Source of the DNA: a virus
Reading direction: 5' to 3' (one strand)
IMG/VR virus record: IMGVR_UViG_3300021471_000006
Location: 1-64,000 of that record
Length of the DNA stretch: 64,000 nucleotides
Positions 20,782-30,374 of this stretch are shown piece by piece (the first letter of the stretch is position 1; each line of letters begins with the position of its first letter). The position numbers were made by a program, and so were the translations under genes. The notes beneath the pieces are model-generated. The model worked only from the letters and a program-made list of their open reading frames with translations, had not been told where the DNA came from and ran no database searches.

Positions 20782-20845
20782 TTTGTCCTCGACAGTTAAC
20801 TTTTTTAAAATTAACCTTCCATCTCTGAACCCATATTGTGTAATT

Positions 20846-21619
20846 TTAATCACCTCGTAAAAAGTTCATTATTGACCGTTTATTGTTTTTCAAACTATCC
20901 GGATATATAAACATAAAGTTCTTTCCTAGTTCTAATAATATTCTAGACTTATCAAACTCTCTATCCATATAGTCTTTTTTTATTCGCTTCGAATGGTGAT
21001 TTAACATCCCCAGATATTCGACATAAATGTCTTTTATCTTCCAATCAGCAAGCTTTCTGCCATTATTGTTTAGCTCTGGATGTGGTGGATATGGTACTTC
21101 CTTCTCATGTGGTATGCCCATATCAAAAAAGAAATTATCCAATTCCAATTCTCCTTTGCTATAACATTTATGATTGTCCTTTGCAATATAGCTTTTTTTC
21201 GAATTTCGTCTCTTTTTATACCCGGGTCTTTTCATAATATCCTTGGTAGTTACATTCATTTCCTTTAGAAAACTATTCCAACTTCCAAATTTCTCTTGAT
21301 AAATACGAGGATGTATCACTGAATGTTCTTTCATATTATTATATGTTGGAACATAACCTAGTTTTTCTTCCACTCTTTTAAATTCGTGTATTAAAAACTC
21401 TTTGGTATACTTCTCTTTTCTCTTATATTTATCTGGATATATTAAAGACAGAGCATTATAGACGCTCCCAAAATGCCATTTATAGAAAGATGTTGATTCT
21501 GTATAATCACAACTGTCTATATCTGACCTTGTTGGTTTTCTTCCATTAAGGTTGTCGCAAAGCTTTTTCAAATTTTCCAAAGCTTTGAGCTTTTCTTGCA
21601 TAGTGACTATCTTTGACAT
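20846..21619 (-). CDS. Free-standing homing endonuclease-like protein (helical repeats plus PD-(D/E)XK-like domain) inserted after the MCP
   Basis: Two P-T...FGSW/FGSV homing-endonuclease-associated repeats; SKGELELDNFF...ADWKIKDIYVEYLG; own TATA-like element at ~21620-21632 (possible leaderless start at 21601). Confidence 0.7.
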   Translation of the reverse strand: MSKIVTMQEKLKALENLKKLCDNLNGRKPTRSDIDSCDYTESTSFYKWHFGSVYNALSLIYPDKYKRKEKYTKEFLIHEFKRVEEKLGYVPTYNNMKEHSVIHPRIYQEKFGSWNSFLKEMNVTTKDIMKRPGYKKRRNSKKSYIAKDNHKCYSKGELELDNFFFDMGIPHEKEVPYPPHPELNNNGRKLADWKIKDIYVEYLGMLNHHSKRIKKDYMDREFDKSRILLELGKNFMFIYPDSLKNNKRSIMNFLRGD

Positions 21620-21670
21620 ATTAAATCTTTTTATTCAGTTTTTAATAAACAGTCTATTTAACTCCCTTAT

Positions 21671-21702
21671 TAAAAAAATAAGGGCGGAGCCGTAGCTCCG
21701 TT
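21671..21702 (-). terminator. Hairpin plus U-tract after the major capsid gene
   Basis: Minus strand AACGGAGCTACGGCTCCGCCCTTATTTTTT: CGGAGC/GCTCCG stem followed by a T-run. Confidence 0.6.
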
Positions 21703-21715
21703 AATTTAAGAGTAC

Positions 21716-22756
21716 TTAAGCGTCTGTGAACAGACCTAAGCATATAGCCTTTTCATTAATTCTGGTCATTTTATACCAGGCATCAAGTAAGACTTTATGC
21801 ACTCTCTCATCATCTAATGTCACAACTTTAACTTTAGCTTTCTCTTTCCATACTATACCAGCTGCTGCTGAAGGGTCAATCATGTAAGCAAAGTGTCCTG
21901 CTGCACCCCAGTTACCCCTATTTGGGTAATCTGAATCTGCTGCAACTGTTGCTGCACTTACTAATGTTGATACTTCAATAACACAACCAACATATTCTTC
22001 AATAACACCACGTCTAACGACTGATGGTGAACCAAATTCTGCTGCGTTTGTGAACTGGCTAGATTTTAAGAGTTGCTTAAATTGTGTCGGATGTATAAAC
22101 AAAACTGCTTCTCCAGGCTTTTTTGCAAAATCCATTTCTTGCAGTCTAATTTTCATGTCAACTAACTTGTCAACATCTATGACATCTCCTGCAGCCAATG
22201 AACCTTTACCACTTGCAACAGCAGTATGGTCTGCGACTGTGGAACCGCCATATATTGCGCCTGCAGCCGAACTTCCGACGGTAGCGTTCTCTAGTAAGTT
22301 GTTTGCATCAGTCTCGATTGTGTTCAAATACTGTCTAACCAATTGCTTGTGTGCCATCTCGATTATAGAAACTCTTGTAGCACTTGCAGTTTCAAAAGAA
22401 ATGCTTGCACCACCAAGTTTAACATCGGCTGACGTTAAGCTAACTGTTATGTTATCAGCAGTATCGAATTTTGTCAATACTCTTGCAACACCCTCTGCGC
22501 TACCAGTTCTTCCGCCCATCAGGTTTACATCCCCGATTTTCGGAATGACAATTGTAACATCATTATTTCCCATTAAGTCATTAAACTCTAGGAAATATTT
22601 TGACAGTACTCTATCTGGTTGTGCGTCAAACACGATTCTTTCACTCCAAGTTGACCCCATGATGGAACCAATTCCACCTGTCTGGGAACCCCAACCTGAA
22701 GAACCAATCATGGTAACGCCAGTATCCAATTGTTCTGGTTCTTTTATTCCACTCAT
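21716..22756 (-). CDS. Major capsid protein (HK97 fold)
   Basis: 346 aa downstream of protease and scaffold; VLFIHPTQFKQL, GVIEEYVGCVIEVS and TIVIPK motifs as in N4-gp56/P22-like coat proteins. Confidence 0.9.
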   Translation of the reverse strand: MSGIKEPEQLDTGVTMIGSSGWGSQTGGIGSIMGSTWSERIVFDAQPDRVLSKYFLEFNDLMGNNDVTIVIPKIGDVNLMGGRTGSAEGVARVLTKFDTADNITVSLTSADVKLGGASISFETASATRVSIIEMAHKQLVRQYLNTIETDANNLLENATVGSSAAGAIYGGSTVADHTAVASGKGSLAAGDVIDVDKLVDMKIRLQEMDFAKKPGEAVLFIHPTQFKQLLKSSQFTNAAEFGSPSVVRRGVIEEYVGCVIEVSTLVSAATVAADSDYPNRGNWGAAGHFAYMIDPSAAAGIVWKEKAKVKVVTLDDERVHKVLLDAWYKMTRINEKAICLGLFTDA

Positions 22757-22786
22757 TTTCTTCTAGCCCTCCTAGGGTATTTTTTT

Positions 22787-23707
22787 TTACATATATAGAA
22801 TCTTCTTTTTTGTGTTTCCACTCACTTGTTCTTCACTCATTCGATTCAAGATATTTGTGAAGAAATCATCATTTGATAATTGCTCAGGTTTAGATTTATT
22901 CTCTACTTTTTCTTCCTTACTTGTTTTTTCATCACTTTTTTCTGCTTCTAGAGATTCTGAATCTACAGTCTCTGACGGTGTAGTCACACTGGGCGCTTCT
23001 TTTAATTCTGCCGTCTTGTCTAATGCCGCATCAACTATTTTCTCGAATTCTTCTAAAACAGCATCATCTTTTTTAGACAATTCCTCAACTGATTTTTCTT
23101 GTCCCAGTTGTTTAAATTTAGCAGATAAATTCTCTAATCTTGCCTGACGTTTTTTAGCCTCAATCTCGGCTTCAGCTTTCTCATATCTTTCAAGTTGCTC
23201 TTCTATTTCTGAGTTTTTCTTTCTTAACTCTTCAATCTCTTTAGTTAACTCTTCAATATTTCCCTTTAAGTCCTGATTTCTGGCATAAAGGGCAACAAGC
23301 TCTTCCCTGGCCTCTTTTATGACAGCTAACTCCTCTTTTGTAGCTTCAATATCTTTACCAAGTTCTTCATCTTCGGCTTCTCCCTCTGCCGGTGCTTCCT
23401 CCGATTCTGCTTCGGCAACTTCTTCTGCTTCTGCTTCTGGTTCTGGTTCTTCCTCTTCTGCCTCAGCTTCTGGTTTAGCTTCCGGTTCAACTTGTAATTC
23501 ATCTCCACCTTTTTCTTCTTCTGCCTTCACTTCTTCAACTTTCTCTTCTGCAGGAGCCTCTTCGGCTGGAGCTTCCTCAGCAGGTGCTTCTGCTGCCTCA
23601 GGCTCTTCCTTAGCTTCCTCTTCAGCAGATGGTTCTGCCGGTTTTTCTTCAGAAGCTTCTGGAGCTTCCTCTTGAAGTTCTTCGACTTTCTTCTCTTCTT
23701 CAGCCAT
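22787..23707 (-). CDS. Capsid scaffolding protein
   Basis: Acidic EAPAEE repeats followed by a coiled coil; immediately upstream of the MCP. Confidence 0.75.
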   Translation of the reverse strand: MAEEEKKVEELQEEAPEASEEKPAEPSAEEEAKEEPEAAEAPAEEAPAEEAPAEEKVEEVKAEEEKGGDELQVEPEAKPEAEAEEEEPEPEAEAEEVAEAESEEAPAEGEAEDEELGKDIEATKEELAVIKEAREELVALYARNQDLKGNIEELTKEIEELRKKNSEIEEQLERYEKAEAEIEAKKRQARLENLSAKFKQLGQEKSVEELSKKDDAVLEEFEKIVDAALDKTAELKEAPSVTTPSETVDSESLEAEKSDEKTSKEEKVENKSKPEQLSNDDFFTNILNRMSEEQVSGNTKKKILYM

Positions 23708-23737
23708 TTTTTATCCTCCTGTTTTTTATTTGGGCAC

Positions 23738-23983
23738 TTAGCCCTGTAGATTACCTAAAAAAACATCTATGAGATGTTGTATGTAATCATTATTGTTTTT
23801 ATTCCAATTTTGTTCTTTTCCTCTAAATCTCTTCTTTAGAACCGAATTGGCGGCTCTAAAAGCTCTTACCTCACTATTTGTATTCTTAAAAACTGTGTTG
23901 AACACATGCATAAACTGTCTCTGTACTACCTTACTATATTTTCTTACATATTTAGGCAGTTCTGAAATGTCTTTGTATGGCAT
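23738..23983 (-). CDS. chaB: ChaB-family protein
   Basis: MPYKDISELPKYVR...QRQFMHVFN...SEVRAFRAANSVLKKRF matches the ChaB signature. Confidence 0.8.
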   Translation of the reverse strand: MPYKDISELPKYVRKYSKVVQRQFMHVFNTVFKNTNSEVRAFRAANSVLKKRFRGKEQNWNKNNNDYIQHLIDVFLGNLQG

Positions 23984-24603
23984 TATTTATCAACTTCAAT
24001 GTAATTTGATGGTTCTGCGCCCTCTCTTACAAGAGATAACTCGACAAAAGTTAAATCAAAACCCTCTAAACCATTTTCAGTATAATCTAATCTACCCGAG
24101 TCGACAGTTACACTAACTTCTTTAACTAAACCATCTAATACATTTCTAGCGAAAGTCTCATCATTAATATGTCCCCACCATCTAATACCCGGTTTGTTTC
24201 CATTTAAAGTTTTAATATTTTCATCAAACTCAAGTTTAGTAACTGCTCCAATTATTTCAGAAACTCCCTTTCTTTTATGGTCTAACATTATGGGGAAACG
24301 TTTATTAACCGGATTTCTAACTGCTTTTGCTAGTTCATCGGCTGAATAATATCTTGCTTTTGGTCTGCCTTCAGTTAAAAAAACGCCCTTTACTTTAAGA
24401 GGCAATACCAGTTTTCCAGAGAGTTCCTCTGGAGAAGACATGGACGCCTCAACTGTCTCGCTAGAGTAGTTTTTTATTTTCTTGGAATTATAGTAGTCTT
24501 TAATAATCTCTAATCTACTTAACTGTTCTTGAGTAGTATATTCATATCTCATTAATCTTAAATATGTGTCCAAACTTTTTAATACTCTTTCTGTACTATT
24601 CAT
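23983..24603 (-). CDS. Prohead (capsid maturation) protease
   Basis: PIMLDH, VKEVSV and ELSLVREGAEP motifs; between portal and scaffold. Confidence 0.8.
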   Translation of the reverse strand: MNSTERVLKSLDTYLRLMRYEYTTQEQLSRLEIIKDYYNSKKIKNYSSETVEASMSSPEELSGKLVLPLKVKGVFLTEGRPKARYYSADELAKAVRNPVNKRFPIMLDHKRKGVSEIIGAVTKLEFDENIKTLNGNKPGIRWWGHINDETFARNVLDGLVKEVSVTVDSGRLDYTENGLEGFDLTFVELSLVREGAEPSNYIEVDK

Positions 24604-24917
24604 ATTTCATCAAGTCTATCAAAATTACTGTGATTAATTTTCTCCTTTATTTTATTATGTAGTTTCTCTATAGTTGTTTTAGACAGATTCTTGTTTCCAC
24701 TTGCATAAAACCTATGCAATAAAACATGTACCAGTAATAACTGGTTCTGTGTTAGTTTTTCTATATTTAATGATTCATCGATATAAATATGGTCTGACGA
24801 AGACGAATCTTCGCCAGACATACTCAGTGCAGGTGAGACAGATGGCTTAGAGCCATCCACACCAAGTATCGTATTTAATTTATTGATTAAATTAATGGTT
24901 TTTTCGTCCCCAGTCAT
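24600..24917 (-). CDS. Hypothetical protein
   Basis: 105 aa, overlaps both neighbours (ATGA coupling). Confidence 0.55.
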   Translation of the reverse strand: MTGDEKTINLINKLNTILGVDGSKPSVSPALSMSGEDSSSSDHIYIDESLNIEKLTQNQLLLVHVLLHRFYASGNKNLSKTTIEKLHNKIKEKINHSNFDRLDEI

Positions 24918-26332
24918 TTTTCCAACCTATTAATTTGTGAAAACGGATTTGTTTTTGCCTTTGTCTTTTCTCCAGCCTGTGACCCTGCAGCTTTGCCTGG
25001 GGAAGCAGGGTGCCATGCAGCCATATCAGATTTTTTTAAATCTGCTTCTATTCCCTGAAGTTTCTTTAGTTTGTCTTCAGACAATGTTCTAAGTCCAATC
25101 ATCTCTCTTGCTTCATTGAGAGTAATGATTCCAGAACCAAAAAGTTCTAGTGCTGACCTTGCCATTAGGCTAGCGTCTTCAGCAACATCTCCAAATACTA
25201 ATCTAGGAGCTTCAAAACCCTGTAACTCTCCATATTCTTTAAATATGTTATAAAAAAAGTCTGAAAGACTTTGTTGGTCACTTGCTATAGATGTATAAAA
25301 GTGCCTTGTAAGTACTACTCCTTCTGCCCTGTTTGAATTATCGCTCTCTCCAAGTAAAACTGATTTTGGAACTCCAAAAGTGGCAACCACTGCATCTAAA
25401 AAATATGCTGCATATTCATTGAAATTTTGGTTTCCTGGAGACATGAATTCAATTTTCATATCTTGTGGCACGAATATTTGGTCTCTGCCATTAATTCTGC
25501 CTAAAATGTGTCCCCAAAGTGCAATTTGTGAGGGCGATTTTGTATTACAAATACCAACAATAAGCGGATTAGCTGCTTTTATTGCAGCTTCTGCTGCTGA
25601 ATACTCCATATTCATAAGCCTTACTATTGTAGAGTATCCGGGCTGAATAATACTTAGACCAGTAAACTCATCTCCAAGAGTATTAAACTTCATATGAGCT
25701 ATAAGTTTCTTGTCTACATCCTTCTCTACTTCTTTGCCGTTCTTATCTAAATAGTGTTGAACGTACCCAACAGGCTGTTTGGTTTTTGAATCTATTATTA
25801 TTCTGCCTGTTTTCTCATCTTTCTTAAAAGATAAAGTGAGAGGATGAACATGTTTTAGCCCCAATATTTTATTTCCTTTTAAATTATATACTTTCTCTAA
25901 GAACCCGTCTCCGGCTATATATGAATTTACAGCAACTTGCCAGAACAGATTCTTACCACCACTCTTTTCTATCAATTCTTTACAAGCCTTTACTCCTTTC
26001 TCGTCTTCTCCAACTATTTCATATCCCTTGGAAATAATTGTATCTGCTCTAATATTAATTGCCCTAGCTACAAATTGGTTAGTAAGATACAACGTAAAAA
26101 GTTGCTTGGTTGTTTTTTTAACCTTACTTACGCCTTCACCCGCACCATGTTTAGTCGTAGTGAGTGCAATTGCACTAGGATTTGTGAGTATTTGTTTTAA
26201 TCTTTCTGTTTTTTGTCTCTCCAGAATTTCTTGTGCCGCCAATGCTTGTTCTGTAAGTTCTTCCTCAAGACTTTCCTCTGAGGGTTCGCCCTGCTCTATA
26301 ATTTCATTGAGTTTTGTTAATTCTTTAGCCAT
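24914..26332 (-). CDS. Portal protein
   Basis: 472 aa; FVARAINIRA, GDGFLE, GLSIIQP, FGVPKSVLLG and GIITLNEAREMIGL motifs. Confidence 0.92.
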   Translation of the reverse strand: MAKELTKLNEIIEQGEPSEESLEEELTEQALAAQEILERQKTERLKQILTNPSAIALTTTKHGAGEGVSKVKKTTKQLFTLYLTNQFVARAINIRADTIISKGYEIVGEDEKGVKACKELIEKSGGKNLFWQVAVNSYIAGDGFLEKVYNLKGNKILGLKHVHPLTLSFKKDEKTGRIIIDSKTKQPVGYVQHYLDKNGKEVEKDVDKKLIAHMKFNTLGDEFTGLSIIQPGYSTIVRLMNMEYSAAEAAIKAANPLIVGICNTKSPSQIALWGHILGRINGRDQIFVPQDMKIEFMSPGNQNFNEYAAYFLDAVVATFGVPKSVLLGESDNSNRAEGVVLTRHFYTSIASDQQSLSDFFYNIFKEYGELQGFEAPRLVFGDVAEDASLMARSALELFGSGIITLNEAREMIGLRTLSEDKLKKLQGIEADLKKSDMAAWHPASPGKAAGSQAGEKTKAKTNPFSQINRLEK

Positions 26333-26426
26333 TTTAGATGTCTCACCTGTCTATATAAAATTGATATGGTAATTAATATACCATCCTTAATATACCATTT
26401 AGTATATCTGTATATAAGTTACTTCT

Positions 26427-26512
26427 GATATATAAATGTTTCTATTTTTTTCATAAAAAACGCATTTAGGCATGAGCCTTGGCCTTTAAAAAAACGAAAG
26501 ATTTATATATGG
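26427..26512. promoter_or_regulatory. Divergent archaeal promoters between the virion operon (-) and the packaging/glycan operon (+)
   Basis: Minus strand GAAACATTTATATATC; plus strand CGAAAGATTTATATAT (26496-26511) ~22 nt before ATG 26533. Confidence 0.7.
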
Positions 26513-26532
26513 GAAGTTATCTTATATTATAT

Positions 26533-26910
26533 ATGATTAAAAAAATTGAGGGTTACATATTAACTTATAAACCAAAAGATAATAATGCTAGAGTTCTTTT
26601 TCATCACACATTATTTGGTCGTTTAGTTAGAAAAAATTATAGGGGAAGAAAATATGCTTACTACAACAGAGGAGAATTAGATAATATAAAATTCCAGAGA
26701 TTAGAAAATAATAAGATTTTTATGGTTTGTAATGAAGAGTTTATTGAACATTTAAAAGACCTTCTCCCTATATTTGGTGAGATGTCGTTTGAAAAAAACG
26801 TTATGGAAGTTGAAGAATCAGAATGTTACACTGGAAAAGAGTATTGGACTAATAAGGCAAGAAAAGACAATATCTTATTAAGAGCTTCCAGAAAAAGAGG
26901 TAGAGTTTAA
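26533..26910 (+). CDS. Hypothetical protein (leaderless start)
   Basis: ATG 26533 follows a TATA box; FHHTLFG...KYAYYxRG motif; function unclear. Confidence 0.55.
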   Translation: MIKKIEGYILTYKPKDNNARVLFHHTLFGRLVRKNYRGRKYAYYNRGELDNIKFQRLENNKIFMVCNEEFIEHLKDLLPIFGEMSFEKNVMEVEESECYTGKEYWTNKARKDNILLRASRKRGRV

Positions 26911-26911
26911 A

Positions 26912-27475
26912 ATGGCACAGAAAGGCAATATTTTAAAAGTAATAGAATTAGGAATACAAGATAGGGTTTTTGATGCGATGAAACAGCCTAGATTTTCTGT
27001 AGAGGCACTGACTAGAAAATTAAATTCGGAGGGCATAAGCATAACTGCACAGTCAATTAGAAAATTCATCAAAAAATCAAAGAAAGCACAACAAGAACTC
27101 ATTAAGAGAGATTTAAGAACATCTCACGAGATTCAAAAAATAACGCTTGACTATACTAAAACCATTAAGGCAATCTTAGACGAAGTTAAGGAAGTTAAAG
27201 ACAAAGCTAGAGAAGAGCAAGATATGGCTACATATAATCAGTTGGTTGGCAGACTGTATCAGGGATTGGAACTTATAGCTAAATTAACCGGCGATATAAA
27301 GCCTAGAGGTAGTACAGATATTAAGATAATATATAATGAAATAAACGCAAACATAGAGAAGAATATGAGAGATATAAAGAAGGAAATGTTTGAAGACCGT
27401 GTAATTGATGTAGATTATGAAATAGAGAAAGAAGATACTATAATTGCAAAAAGATTGAGAGAGGCCGACAACTAA
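26912..27475 (+). CDS. terS: Probable terminase small subunit
   Basis: N-terminal HTH-like region, helical hairpin and LELIAKLTGDI motif seen in archaeal-virus TerS; same operon as TerL. Confidence 0.55.
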   Translation: MAQKGNILKVIELGIQDRVFDAMKQPRFSVEALTRKLNSEGISITAQSIRKFIKKSKKAQQELIKRDLRTSHEIQKITLDYTKTIKAILDEVKEVKDKAREEQDMATYNQLVGRLYQGLELIAKLTGDIKPRGSTDIKIIYNEINANIEKNMRDIKKEMFEDRVIDVDYEIEKEDTIIAKRLREADN

Positions 27476-28377
27476 TGAAGAGAGTATTATTTCTTGGATA
27501 TGGAGAAGTTGGTAGTAGCTTATATAAACTTTATACTAACTTTAAATCATCTTATATTTTATATATAAAAGACCTTTATAGACAAAATATAAAGGCCAAC
27601 GAAAAAATAGACATATTAAATGTGTGTATACCGTATAATAACATGTTTATATCTTCTGTAGTAGATAATATACTAGAACATAAACCATATCTAACTATTA
27701 TACATAGTACTATACCATTATATACTACTGAAAAGGTGTATGAGGCTGTTAATACTGTATCAAGAACATTGATGGTTCACTCGCCTATTATGGGCGTACA
27801 TCCACATCTTACAGAAAGCATAAAAACTTTTATAAAAATGGTTGGAGGAATAAACGACATATCTGCAACTACAGCTATGGAACATCTCACAGATATTGGA
27901 ATTACTGTAGTAAAGTTTAATAGTTCTAGAGAAACAGAAATGACAAAATTACTTAGTACCACATATTATGCATGGAATATAGTATTTATGAAAAAAGTGC
28001 ATGAACTGTGCGAGAAACTAGAACTGAATTTTGAGCAAGTATATACTATGTCAAATTTAATATATAACGACGGATATAAGATGATGGAAAAAGAAAATGT
28101 GATAAGACCGGTTCTTAAAAATATGCATAAAGGAATTGGCGGACACTGTCTTGTTGAGAACACGATTATATTAGATGAGAGAAATATGTTACCAGAAATT
28201 ACAAAGATTATATTAAATCAGGGGAAGAACTCAAATCTAAAATATAAAGACAGGGCGTGGCTATATTCAGAATATATTGGAAAAAACAAGAAAATTAAAA
28301 AAATAGGAGAGGAGTGTGGAGTATCTAGTGCAACTATTAGAAAATGGTTAAAAAAACTGTCAATTCCAAAAAAATGA
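27475..28377 (+). CDS. UDP-glucose/GDP-mannose dehydrogenase-family protein with a C-terminal HTH
   Basis: GYGEVG Rossmann motif, IIHST, EMTKLLSTTY, GIGGHCL (catalytic Cys); C-terminal KYKDRAWLYSEY...IGEECGVSSATIRKWL HTH. Confidence 0.8.
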   Translation: MKRVLFLGYGEVGSSLYKLYTNFKSSYILYIKDLYRQNIKANEKIDILNVCIPYNNMFISSVVDNILEHKPYLTIIHSTIPLYTTEKVYEAVNTVSRTLMVHSPIMGVHPHLTESIKTFIKMVGGINDISATTAMEHLTDIGITVVKFNSSRETEMTKLLSTTYYAWNIVFMKKVHELCEKLELNFEQVYTMSNLIYNDGYKMMEKENVIRPVLKNMHKGIGGHCLVENTIILDERNMLPEITKIILNQGKNSNLKYKDRAWLYSEYIGKNKKIKKIGEECGVSSATIRKWLKKLSIPKK

Positions 28378-28552
28378 AAGATAATAAAAAAGTTTTTTAT
28401 GGTAAATACAGGGGAAAAAGAATATACTCTAACAAGTATTGTATGATTGTAACTTTGGGCGGAAGACCAAGATATTTCACTGGAGCAGACAGAGGACAGC
28501 AAGTATTAAAAACTATGAAAGAAATAGACGATTATCTTGCAGGAAAAATAGA

Positions 28553-28930
28553 ATGATTTATAAGTGGGTTAGAGATTTGGTAGAGAAATTCACATTTGTT
28601 ACTAGAACTGAATTGTCTGGTGGAATGATATATATTTATTATAATAAAAATGGTAAAGAAAAGCGGAAGAAAATTCCATTAAGAGCCAACAAAACCAGGT
28701 TATTAAATACTATAGAAAAAATTAAAGAAGACATAAATTACTATGAGAATAGAGCAAAGATACTTAAGAAGGCTTTAAAAAAACAAGACCCTGGAGCCTT
28801 TGCATTCTCTGGTGATTGGAATGGTGAAGAATATGAGCGAAGAAAAAAGAGTGAAAGCAAAATTAGTCCACTTTCAAATAGTGGACGGAAATCAAGACGA
28901 GGTAAGAGCACTGGCAATAGCATTAAATGA
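28553..28930 (+). CDS. Hypothetical protein
   Basis: ATGA-coupled start at 28553 (MIYKWVRD...). Confidence 0.45.
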   Translation: MIYKWVRDLVEKFTFVTRTELSGGMIYIYYNKNGKEKRKKIPLRANKTRLLNTIEKIKEDINYYENRAKILKKALKKQDPGAFAFSGDWNGEEYERRKKSESKISPLSNSGRKSRRGKSTGNSIK

Positions 28931-29102
28931 CCTAAAGAAGAACTTGCCTTTTAATATGGAGTTTCTTGTAACCAACAATAGAATAGAACTGCACGACATA
29001 AGGCACTTAATTGACCAGTTATATGAATTGTATAAGAAGCAAAAAGAGTTAAGAAAAGAGAAAACATTTGGATTCAGAGAGAGAAAAAAGAAGAAAGGGT
29101 GA
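28833..29102 (+). CDS. Hypothetical protein
   Basis: GGTGA SD before MSEEKRVK... Confidence 0.5.
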   Translation: MSEEKRVKAKLVHFQIVDGNQDEVRALAIALNDLKKNLPFNMEFLVTNNRIELHDIRHLIDQLYELYKKQKELRKEKTFGFRERKKKKG

Positions 29103-29106
29103 GATT

Positions 29107-30180
29107 ATGTCTAAAAAACGTATTGGATTTCTGTCATATTTTGGCTTTCCACGAGGACTTGCTTACGGGACATTAATGTATTGCAAAATGCTTCAAGAAG
29201 ATTACGATATTTATATTCTTAAACAAGGATTGAATCCAATCTCAGAAGAATTTAAGTCAGTGAAAGTTAATATTACCGAATATCCAGAATATATAGTAGA
29301 TAAAAAGTTCTTCACTAACTGGATTAAAGAGAATAAACTTGATGCGGTAGTATTTAATGAATATAAACAATGGACTAACGAACCAGATAACTTGGTGCAG
29401 GTAGCAAAATCTTTGGGAGCTAGAACTTATGGTTATCTAGTACTTGAAAAACTTGATAAAAAACAGACAGATGACTACGACAGAATTATAGCTCCCACAG
29501 TTTCTTATATGAGGTCTATGAGATTCAATAAAGTAAGACACTTTACTTATATTCCACATTCCATAGATTTGACGGAGTTTCCAAAAACTATGGAAGTCAA
29601 GCGGTCAGATAAGTTTACTTTCTTTCATCCTGCTGGATATGGAGGCTTTTTAGAAAGAAAGAATACGTCAAATGTTATAAGGGCATTTGAAGCTCTAGAT
29701 ACCACAGACGCAAAACTAATTATTACAACTCAAAAAAAACTGGAACCCGTAAAAGTACCTAATGGCGTTGAACTGATTTCAAGAAATCTATCTAGAAAAG
29801 AATTAATTGAGATTTATTACAAATCAGACGCAGTAGTTCTGCCCAGTAAATGGGAAACAGTTGGATTTCCTATTCTAGAAGCTCTTGCGGCAGGAAAACC
29901 AGTGATTACAACTAATGTGCCTCCTATGAACGAGTTTATAAGAGTTGGTCTAAATGGTTATTTATGTGGAGCAGATTTCGTAACATATCCAGAAATAAAA
30001 ATAAAGGCGGCAGAAGTGGGAATGCATCCCATAAAGGTTAATATGGAGAATATGATGAACAAAGATTTATATCCAATGTTATCAAGAAACTCAAGATATA
30101 TAGCAGAAAAGATATATGATTTAGAGAAAAATAAAAAATATTTCTTGGAGTTTTTAAAGAAGGACTTAAAATGTTACTAG
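29107..30180 (+). CDS. Glycosyltransferase family 4
   Basis: DAVVLPSKWETVGFPILEALAAGKPVITTNVPPMNE. Confidence 0.92.
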   Translation: MSKKRIGFLSYFGFPRGLAYGTLMYCKMLQEDYDIYILKQGLNPISEEFKSVKVNITEYPEYIVDKKFFTNWIKENKLDAVVFNEYKQWTNEPDNLVQVAKSLGARTYGYLVLEKLDKKQTDDYDRIIAPTVSYMRSMRFNKVRHFTYIPHSIDLTEFPKTMEVKRSDKFTFFHPAGYGGFLERKNTSNVIRAFEALDTTDAKLIITTQKKLEPVKVPNGVELISRNLSRKELIEIYYKSDAVVLPSKWETVGFPILEALAAGKPVITTNVPPMNEFIRVGLNGYLCGADFVTYPEIKIKAAEVGMHPIKVNMENMMNKDLYPMLSRNSRYIAEKIYDLEKNKKYFLEFLKKDLKCY

Positions 30181-30374
30181 ATACAAAAACATCATTTCAG
30201 TGCGGAATGACTATAGGTCTAATATTTGGATTTATAGTGGGAGTAATAGTATGTATGCTATTTACTTAACTAAATAAAAATGAATGAAAATTATTGCCCA
30301 GAGTGTGGCTTTCCGGTAATAATAGTGGGCACAGTAGTCGTGTGTGTAAATGAACAATGCAATTTTAATACAAG

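Noticed and set aside
5356-26372. Long plus-strand ORFs such as 5591-6085, 12724-13362, 22050-22766 and 23319-23675
   Set aside because: Antisense shadows of well-supported minus-strand structural genes; Ser/Phe/Leu-rich, with no SD or recognisable motifs
26533-26910. Cas2-like or other defence protein
   Set aside because: Only a vague fold impression; no diagnostic motif and no cas context
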